This document shows, piece by piece, positions 45,289-50,683 of a DNA stretch of 50,683 bases. The translations under genes were made by a program, and so were the position numbers. Within the stretch, counting starts at the first letter, position 1; each line of letters starts with the position of its first letter. The DNA comes from Actinomycetota bacterium (GTDB lineage: Bacteria > Actinomycetota > Acidimicrobiia > Spongiisociales > ZC4RG35), in NCBI GenBank assembly GCA_036745195.1, contig DAIOGO010000001.1, positions 40,252 to 90,934 of the forward strand, written 5' to 3'. The notes below the pieces were generated by a model, which did not search any database, had not been told where the DNA came from, and worked only from the letters and a program-made list of their open reading frames with translations.

Positions 45289-46548
45289 ATGATCGACTCC
45301 GCCATTCTTCGCAACGCACCCGACCTTCTCCGGACATCGCTCGCCCGTCGCGGCTCCCCGATCGACGTCGACCAGTTGATCGAACTCGAATCTTCGCTGC
45401 GGCGCGTTCGGGCCGAGGCGGAGTCGGTGCGGGCCGAGCAGAAGGAGGCGGGCCGGGTCATCGCCACCCTGTACGGCAAGGAAAAGGAGGAGGCGATTGC
45501 CGCCACCGCCGGTCTGGCCGAGCGCTTCCGCGAGCTCACCGTCACCGCCGACCAGCTCGAGGAGGAGTTTCAGGCCGGCTGGGTCACGGTGCCCAACCTG
45601 GTGGACGCCACCGCCGCCGACGGGTTCAGCGACGCCGACAACCTCGAAATCAAGCGGATCGGCCAACCTGCCGAGTTCGGATTCGAGGTCAGAGACCACG
45701 CCACGCTGGGAAGCCTGCTCGACGTGATCGACACCGAGCGGGGGGCCAAGGTCTCCGGCAGCCGGTTCGGCTATCTCAAGGGCAAGGCGGTGCTGCTGGA
45801 GTTCGGGTTGGTGCGCTGGGCGCTGGAACGTCTGGTGGAGCGAGGATTCACCCCGATGGTGCCGCCGGTACTGGTGCGGGAGGAGGCTCTCTACGGGACC
45901 GGGTTCTTTCCGGGAGACCGCGAGCAGGTGTATGCGGTGCCCTCCGACGACCTGTATCTGGTGGGGACATCGGAGGTGCCGCTGGCCGCCTATCACACCG
46001 ACGAGATCTTCGACCCCGACCAGTTGCCGCTCCGGTATTGCGGGTTCTCCACCTGCTTCCGGCGTGAGGCCGGTACCTATGGCAAGGACACCGGTGGGAT
46101 ATTCCGGGTCCATCAGTTCGACAAGTTGGAGATGTTCGCTTTTGTCCCGCCCGAGGATTCTCCTGCCGAGCACGAGCGGATCCTGGCCGTCGAGGAGTCG
46201 CTGGTCACCGATCTAGGGCTGCCCTACCGGGTGGTGAATGTCGCCGCCGGCGACCTGGGCTCGTCGGCCGCCAAGAAGTACGACATCGAGGCGTGGTTTC
46301 CCTCCCAGTCGACCTACCGCGAGGTCACTTCGTGCTCGAACACCACCGATTTCCAGGCCCGCCGGCTCCGGATCAGGGTGCGGTCCCAGGGTGGGGGTAC
46401 ACGGATCGTTCACACCCTCAACGGCACCGCAGTGGCGGTGGGAAGGATCATCCTCGCCATCCTCGAGAACCATCAGCAGGCCGACGGCTCCGTGGTGATC
46501 CCGGAGGCGATCAGGAGCTACGTCGGCTTCGACCGCATCGAACCGTGA
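45289..46548 (+). CDS. serS: Seryl-tRNA synthetase
   Basis: ATG 45289 gives MIDSAILRNAPD. N-terminal coiled-coil arm, with class II motifs (FRREAG, GTSEVPL, TLNGTAVAVGR). Confidence 0.95.
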   Translation: MIDSAILRNAPDLLRTSLARRGSPIDVDQLIELESSLRRVRAEAESVRAEQKEAGRVIATLYGKEKEEAIAATAGLAERFRELTVTADQLEEEFQAGWVTVPNLVDATAADGFSDADNLEIKRIGQPAEFGFEVRDHATLGSLLDVIDTERGAKVSGSRFGYLKGKAVLLEFGLVRWALERLVERGFTPMVPPVLVREEALYGTGFFPGDREQVYAVPSDDLYLVGTSEVPLAAYHTDEIFDPDQLPLRYCGFSTCFRREAGTYGKDTGGIFRVHQFDKLEMFAFVPPEDSPAEHERILAVEESLVTDLGLPYRVVNVAAGDLGSSAAKKYDIEAWFPSQSTYREVTSCSNTTDFQARRLRIRVRSQGGGTRIVHTLNGTAVAVGRIILAILENHQQADGSVVIPEAIRSYVGFDRIEP

Positions 46549-46627
46549 AGCCACCCGCCTGGCGTGCGTCGAAGTCGACTCGCGACGCGCGAACCGCGAT
46601 TGGCGACGGCGCCCGCAGGGCGCCATC

Positions 46628-47305
46628 GTGAGCGAGGAGTCCGACCGGATCTTCGCCCGGATCGCCCGTCGTTACGACCTCCTCAACAAGATCCTCTCGT
46701 TCGGGCAGGAGCAGGCCTGGCGTCGCCGGGGAGTTGAGCATCTGCCCCGGGGGCGGGTTCTGGATCTGGGGAGCGGCACCGGGGCCGCCGCCCCGGTGCT
46801 GGCGGGTTTCGAGGTGGTGGCTCTCGACCCTGTCCCCGAGATGCTCGCCCTGAGCCCGATGTCGGCCCGGGTGGCCGGAGTCGGGGAGCGCCTCCCCTTT
46901 GCCGACGGCACATTCGACGGGGTGTTCTCCGCCTATGTGTTCCGCAATCTCACCTCCATCCCGTCAACGCTGGCCGAGTTGCACCGGATCCTGGTTCCGG
47001 GAGGGAAGGTGGTGGTGGTCGACCTGGGGAGACCTCGCAACCGGTTGCTGGCCGGTCTCCATCGCCTCGGCTCCTCCATCTTCCTGCCTCTGGCCGGGCT
47101 CATCGCCGGCGCCCCCCGCGACTACTGGTATCTGCACCGTTCGCTCGACAAACTGGCCCCGGTCGAGGAGTTGTACCGGGGCACACCCTTCGAAGTGGAA
47201 CGCACCTGGCGGATGGGCCCGCTCGGGTTCGTGTACGGAGTGGTGTTGAGGAAGGGCGATCAGGCATCGGCCCTCGGCCATCAGCCATCCGGCGATGTGG
47301 GTTGA
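46628..47305 (+). CDS. Class I SAM-dependent methyltransferase, UbiE/MenG-like
   Basis: FARIARRYDLLNKILSFGQEQAWRR is a UbiE/COQ5 N-terminal signature. SAM motif VLDLGSGTGAA, motif post-I FDGVFSAYVFRN. GTG start at 46628. The stop TGA (47303-47305) lies inside the first word of the downstream repeat array. Confidence 0.85.
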   Translation: MSEESDRIFARIARRYDLLNKILSFGQEQAWRRRGVEHLPRGRVLDLGSGTGAAAPVLAGFEVVALDPVPEMLALSPMSARVAGVGERLPFADGTFDGVFSAYVFRNLTSIPSTLAELHRILVPGGKVVVVDLGRPRNRLLAGLHRLGSSIFLPLAGLIAGAPRDYWYLHRSLDKLAPVEELYRGTPFEVERTWRMGPLGFVYGVVLRKGDQASALGHQPSGDVG

Positions 47306-47596
47306 AGGGTTCAGGTTGAAGGGTGAAGGTTCGGAACTTCGAACTCTGACTTCGAACTTCGAACTTCGAACCTTCCAGCGCGTATGGCGCAAAGGCCATC
47401 AGGCATCGGCTATCAGCGATCAGCGATGAAGGTTGAAGGGTTCAGGTTGAAAGGTGAAGGTTCGGAACTTTGAACTCTGAACCTTGAACTTGGAACCTTC
47501 CTGCCCGCATGGCGCATGACGCATGACGCATGACGCATGGCGCATGGCACATGGCGCATGACGCAGGACGCATGACGCATGGCGCATGGCGCAGGG
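47301..47596. repeat. Composite heptamer array, locus C: two tandem modules in inverted orientation relative to locus B
   Basis: Module 1 spans 47301-47397 and module 2 spans 47398-47596. Both contain GTTGAAG GGTTCAG GTTGAAR GGTGAAG GTTCGGA ACTTYGA ACTCTGA..AACCTTCC. Module 2 is preceded by ATCAGGC ATCGGCT ATCAGCG ATCAGCG and ends with 13 units of CGCATGR (47506-47596). The reverse complement has the same block order as 5935-6195. Confidence 0.9.
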
Positions 47597-47597
47597 G

Positions 47598-47730
47598 CCA
47601 TCGGTTCGGTGCGGCCGCCAGGCGTGACTGCGGCGCTCGAGGGGAGCCGCTTATGGCTGCTTCCTTCCGGACCTGACCAGATTCGCCGCGCCTCGCCGCG
47701 CAGGACCCGGAGGCCGCACCCAACCGATGG
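47598..47730. repeat. 19-bp imperfect inverted repeat pair enclosing 95 bp, adjacent to heptamer array
   Basis: CCATCGGTTCGGTGCGGCC (47598-47616) pairs with GGCCGCACCCAACCGATGG (47712-47730): 18 of 19 positions are complementary. It lies in the 3' region of the minus-strand methyltransferase gene (stop 47764-47766). Confidence 0.6.
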
Positions 47731-47763
47731 GTGACACATGGTAGAGGTCAGTGGAACCTTCGA

Positions 47764-48540
47764 TCACCGGGGCTTGGCACCCCGGAAGTAGGCCGGCCTC
47801 AGTTCACCGTTGTCGAGCACCACGGTGAGGGCTCGCCAGTCCTCGATGAAGTGGTCACGACGTTCCGGCCCGAGCAGGTCGGCCATCCGGTCGTACCAGT
47901 CGGTCAACATCTTCGAATACTCGAGGTGGGCCATCTCCCGGTATTCGGCGTGGGCGTCCTCTCCGGTCGCCTCCACGAACCCGGCCTCGGCCATCCAGCG
48001 CAGGTACTCGGTCAGGTCGCCCATCACATACGTGAGCCCCTCCAATTCGAACCAGCGGAGCATGTCGGGGGAGAACGGTTCGGGCCCCTTGAGCCAGTCG
48101 TAGGCCAGCAGCCGGCCACCCGGACGCAGCACCCTGATGATCTCGGAGAACATGTTCGGCTTGTCGGGAACATGGATGAGGGCGGCGTGGGTGAACACGT
48201 GATCGAACGAGGCGGCCGGGAACGGCAATGGGCCGGGCTCGGCGCGGACGTACTCGACCCGGTGGGACAGCCCGGCTCGGGCGGCATTGGCCCGGGCTGC
48301 GTCGATCAGCGGTTGTTCGATGTCGAGACCGGTGACGATGGCGGAGAACTCCCCGGCCAGCACCAGGTCGGCGCCGCCGATCCCGCAACCGATGTCGAGA
48401 ATCCGACAACCGGAGAGGTCGATCCCGTCCACGGTCCGGCGAACGCTGGCGGGACCCCCCGGCGCCAGAAAACCCTCGCCCCACACCAGTTGGAGCAGGG
48501 TCACCAGTTCCTGGTCGTACTCGTCGCCGGCGTCGCTCAT
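47764..48540 (-). CDS. Class I SAM-dependent methyltransferase (phosphoethanolamine N-methyltransferase-like)
   Basis: ATG 48540 overlaps the tadA stop (ATGA). WGEGFLAPGG, SAM motif ILDIGCGIGGADL, LRPGGRLL. 258 aa. The upstream codons of track ORF 47764..48741 overlap tadA and were discarded. Confidence 0.85.
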   Translation of the reverse strand: MSDAGDEYDQELVTLLQLVWGEGFLAPGGPASVRRTVDGIDLSGCRILDIGCGIGGADLVLAGEFSAIVTGLDIEQPLIDAARANAARAGLSHRVEYVRAEPGPLPFPAASFDHVFTHAALIHVPDKPNMFSEIIRVLRPGGRLLAYDWLKGPEPFSPDMLRWFELEGLTYVMGDLTEYLRWMAEAGFVEATGEDAHAEYREMAHLEYSKMLTDWYDRMADLLGPERRDHFIEDWRALTVVLDNGELRPAYFRGAKPR

Positions 48541-48992
48541 CGTCGGTCCTCGAAGAAGTCGGTGAGAAGGGCGGCGCATTCTGGCTCGAGGATCCCCGCC
48601 ACCAGGTCCATCTGGTGGTTGAGTCGGGCGTCCTGGGGGATGTTGTACAGGCTCCAGCAGGCGCCGGTCTTGAGATCGGGCGCTCCGTAGACGATGCCTT
48701 CGAGGCGGGCGTGGACGGCGGCTCCGGCGCACATCGCACACGGTTCCAACGTGACGATCAGAGTGTGGCCCGTCAACCGCCAGGTCCCGAGCGTTCGGGC
48801 GGCGGTCGACAACACCAGCATCTCGGCATGGGCGGTGGGATCGGACAACTCCTCGCGGCGGTTGTGGTCCGAGGCCACCACCCGCCCGGTCGAGTCGATC
48901 AGGATCGCTCCGACGGGGACGTCGTCGTGGTCCACCGCCAGGTTCGCCTCGGCGATGGCCAGCGTCATTGCCTGCTCGTAGCTGATGGGCAC
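48537..48992 (-). CDS. tadA: tRNA adenosine(34) deaminase TadA
   Basis: CDA zinc motifs HAEMLVL and PCAMCAGA. 151 aa. Confidence 0.92.
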   Translation of the reverse strand: MPISYEQAMTLAIAEANLAVDHDDVPVGAILIDSTGRVVASDHNRREELSDPTAHAEMLVLSTAARTLGTWRLTGHTLIVTLEPCAMCAGAAVHARLEGIVYGAPDLKTGACWSLYNIPQDARLNHQMDLVAGILEPECAALLTDFFEDRR

Positions 48993-49071
48993 TTCCAGGG
49001 CCTTTCGACTAGGTGACGGCGGCGCCGTCGACTACGTTGTAGCGCGCCTCGACCCCGGTCGAGGACCCCGT

Positions 49072-49165
49072 GGAGGGGTCGCATAGTTTGGCCTAGTGCG
49101 CGGCACTGGAAATGCCGTTGGGGGCGTAAGTCTCCACGAGGGTTCAAATCCCTCCCCCTCCGCCA
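49072..49165 (+). tRNA. tRNA-Ser (anticodon GGA), CCA encoded
   Basis: Acceptor GGAGGGG/CCCCTCC, anticodon arm CGGCA-CTGGAAA-TGCCG, long variable arm, T arm GAGGG-TTCAAAT-CCCTC, discriminator G then CCA. Confidence 0.9.
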
Positions 49166-49223
49166 TCGTCCGAGCAGGCCCGGTTGGGCGCGCCGGGTGT
49201 TCCTGGTACGTTTCGCCACTCCT

Positions 49224-49312
49224 GGAGGGGTCGCATAGGCCGGCCTAGTGCGCGGCACTCGAAATGCCGTAGGGGCGTTCGCTCCTCGAGGGTTCGAATC
49301 CCTCCCCCTCCG
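49224..49312 (+). tRNA. tRNA-Ser (anticodon CGA)
   Basis: Same acceptor, anticodon stem and T stem as the preceding gene. The anticodon loop is CTCGAAA, and the D loop and variable arm differ. CCA not encoded. Confidence 0.9.
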
Positions 49313-49373
49313 CCGGACATCCAGGTCGTCGCAGGACGGCCCGGATGTCATTGTCGACGGATGTCCGTCGCAG

Positions 49374-49463
49374 GGAGGGATGACCGAGCGGCCGAAGGTG
49401 ACGGTCTTGAAAACCGTTGAACCCGCAAGGGTTCCGTGGGTTCAAATCCCACTCCCTCCGCCA
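49374..49463 (+). tRNA. tRNA-Ser (anticodon UGA), CCA encoded
   Basis: Acceptor GGAGGGA/TCCCTCC, D region TGACCGAGCGGCCGAAGGTGA, anticodon arm ACGGT-CTTGAAA-ACCGT, long variable arm, T arm GTGGG-TTCAAAT-CCCAC, G then CCA. Confidence 0.92.
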
Positions 49464-50683
49464 ACAACCCCTGATTCAAGGGGTTTCTGAGGGGTAGCCA
49501 TCGATCCTCACTGCGATCGCCGAGACCCTCGGGGCGCACCGGGGCGCGATAGGGGCGCGGGAGAATCGCTTGGCGCACGCTTGGCACGAATCTGTAAGGG
49601 TGTCGTGGCGGCCGCATAGCGGCGGTCGAGGGCTTCTGCCAGGGCATCGAGGTCGTCTTCGTAGAGGTGTCCGTAGAGGTCGAGTGTCATGGCGGCTGAG
49701 GCGTGCCCGAGTTGGCGCTGGACGGCTTTGATGTTGGCTCCGGATGAGATCATGAGCGAGGCGGCGGTGCCGCGCAGGTCGTGGATCCGGAGCTGTTCGA
49801 GTCCTGCCGCTTCGACCGCTGGTTTCCAGATCTGTTGCCGGAACGGTGAGGAGCGCAACGGCCCGCCGTTGGGGGCGGTGAAGACGAGTCCGTCGTCTGG
49901 GATGTCGCCGAGGCGGGGTGCGATGCGGTCGGCGAGGAAGGCGGGCATGGTGACGAGTCGCCGTTCGTGGGTTTTGGGTGTGCCCCATGACAGGCCTGAT
50001 CCGAGTTCGGTGGCTGCCTCGGCGATCTCGATTCGGCGGCGCAGCAGCTGGACACGGGACCGTCTGAGCGCCACCAGTTCGCCCCATCGCATCCCGACCC
50101 ATGCCAGCGTCTCGACGACCAGCCCGGCCCCGTCCTGGGTGTCTTCGGCGCTGGCGGCGAGGAGCGTCACTTGGTCGGCGGTGAGGAACCGCTGCTCACG
50201 TCTGCGCACCGTGGGGGCCTTGACGCCGGATGTGGGGGAGCGGGCGATGACCCCGTCGACGACGGCCAGCTCGAGGGGTGCCGACAGGACTTGTTTGGCT
50301 TGTTTGATCCGCGACGCGGAGAGCCCCTCGGTGGACATGTCGGCGATCCAGTTCCGCACCATCGCTGGGGTGATCCGGTTCAAGGGCAGGTCCCCGAACA
50401 CGGGTAGTACCCGGGAGCGGAGCAGCGATTCGTAGCCGGCGCGGGTTTTGGGTTTGATGTCGAGCCCTGACAACCAGTCGGCGGCCGCTTCGGACAGGGG
50501 GATGTTGCCGGCTTCGGGTGCGATCCAGTCGCCCCGGTCGATCGATCCGAGCCGGGCGATCAGCCACCGGTCGGCGGCGACTTTACGGTCGAAGCTTCTT
50601 GAGCGGATCCGTCCGTCCGGTCCGCGGTATCTGGCTCGCCACCTTCTACCGGTTCGTCCTTGCCGGTCTTCGATCCATCCGGA
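49464..50683. mobile_element. Left/right end of a probable integrative element inserted at the 3' end of tRNA-Ser(UGA); continues beyond window
   Basis: The integrase gene ends 45 nt from the tRNA-Ser(UGA) 3' end, the classic tRNA-targeted integration arrangement. The other boundary and the att repeat are not visible in the window. Confidence 0.5.
49508..50683 (-). CDS. int: Tyrosine recombinase / phage-type integrase (5' end beyond window)
   Basis: C-terminal catalytic motifs are present: ETLAWVGMRWGEL (Arg I), LRIHDLRGTAAS (HxxR), GHASAAMTLDLYGHLY (catalytic Tyr). The reading frame stays open upstream of the track start (TTG 50473) to the window edge. That segment reads WRARYRGPDGRIRSRSFDRKVAADRWL, the typical N-terminal arm-binding domain, so the gene is truncated by the window. 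Confidence 0.9.
   Translation of the reverse strand, partial: SGWIEDRQGRTGRRWRARYRGPDGRIRSRSFDRKVAADRWLIARLGSIDRGDWIAPEAGNIPLSEAAADWLSGLDIKPKTRAGYESLLRSRVLPVFGDLPLNRITPAMVRNWIADMSTEGLSASRIKQAKQVLSAPLELAVVDGVIARSPTSGVKAPTVRRREQRFLTADQVTLLAASAEDTQDGAGLVVETLAWVGMRWGELVALRRSRVQLLRRRIEIAEAATELGSGLSWGTPKTHERRLVTMPAFLADRIAPRLGDIPDDGLVFTAPNGGPLRSSPFRQQIWKPAVEAAGLEQLRIHDLRGTAASLMISSGANIKAVQRQLGHASAAMTLDLYGHLYEDDLDALAEALDRRYAAATTPLQIRAKRAPSDSPAPLSRPGAPRGSRRSQ

Noticed and set aside
46608-46624. Hairpin GGCGCCC-gca-GGGCGCC downstream of serS as a terminator
   Set aside because: The 7-bp stem has no T-tract and lies 4 nt before the next gene's GTG start. The evidence is insufficient.

Overview
High-GC (about two-thirds G+C by eye, not computed) actinobacterial chromosome segment centred on the replication origin. 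Gene order matches the conserved Actinomycetota oriC neighbourhood known from Mycobacterium and Streptomyces. Left part: pilT-like (partial), deacetylase/GNAT pair, degV, an orphan MviN-type pseudokinase, ECF sigma plus anti-sigma, trxB, trxA, cwlM-like. Origin core: parB-parA-rsmG-jag-yidC-yidD-rnpA-rpmH on the minus strand and dnaA-dnaN-recF-DUF721-gyrB-gyrA-DUF3566 on the plus strand. An accessory-looking block follows (DUF3039, two DAO-type flavoenzymes, MMPL/RND transporter, yajQ, small proteins). After that come tRNA-Ile/tRNA-Ala, thiolase, crgA, trpG/pabA, the cell-wall signalling operon fhaA-fhaB-pstP-rodA-pbpA-pknB with a short mutY appended, tRNA-Leu, serS, two methyltransferases and tadA. 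The window ends with three tandem tRNA-Ser genes and a tyrosine integrase cut by the right edge. Two perfect parS sites, a triple DnaA-box cluster upstream of dnaA and a DnaA-box plus AT-rich oriC candidate between dnaA and dnaN are readable directly. No rRNA, CRISPR array or recognisable defence or toxin system was seen, and I found no novel multi-gene system. The most unusual signal is non-coding: three intergenic loci (575-670, 5935-6195, 47301-47596) are built entirely from tandem 7-bp words. The word families occur in a conserved block order, in opposite orientation at two loci, and the arrays abut stop codons. I do not recognise this as a described repeat family. Many long ORFs in the track are antisense or out-of-frame artefacts of the high GC content and were rejected.
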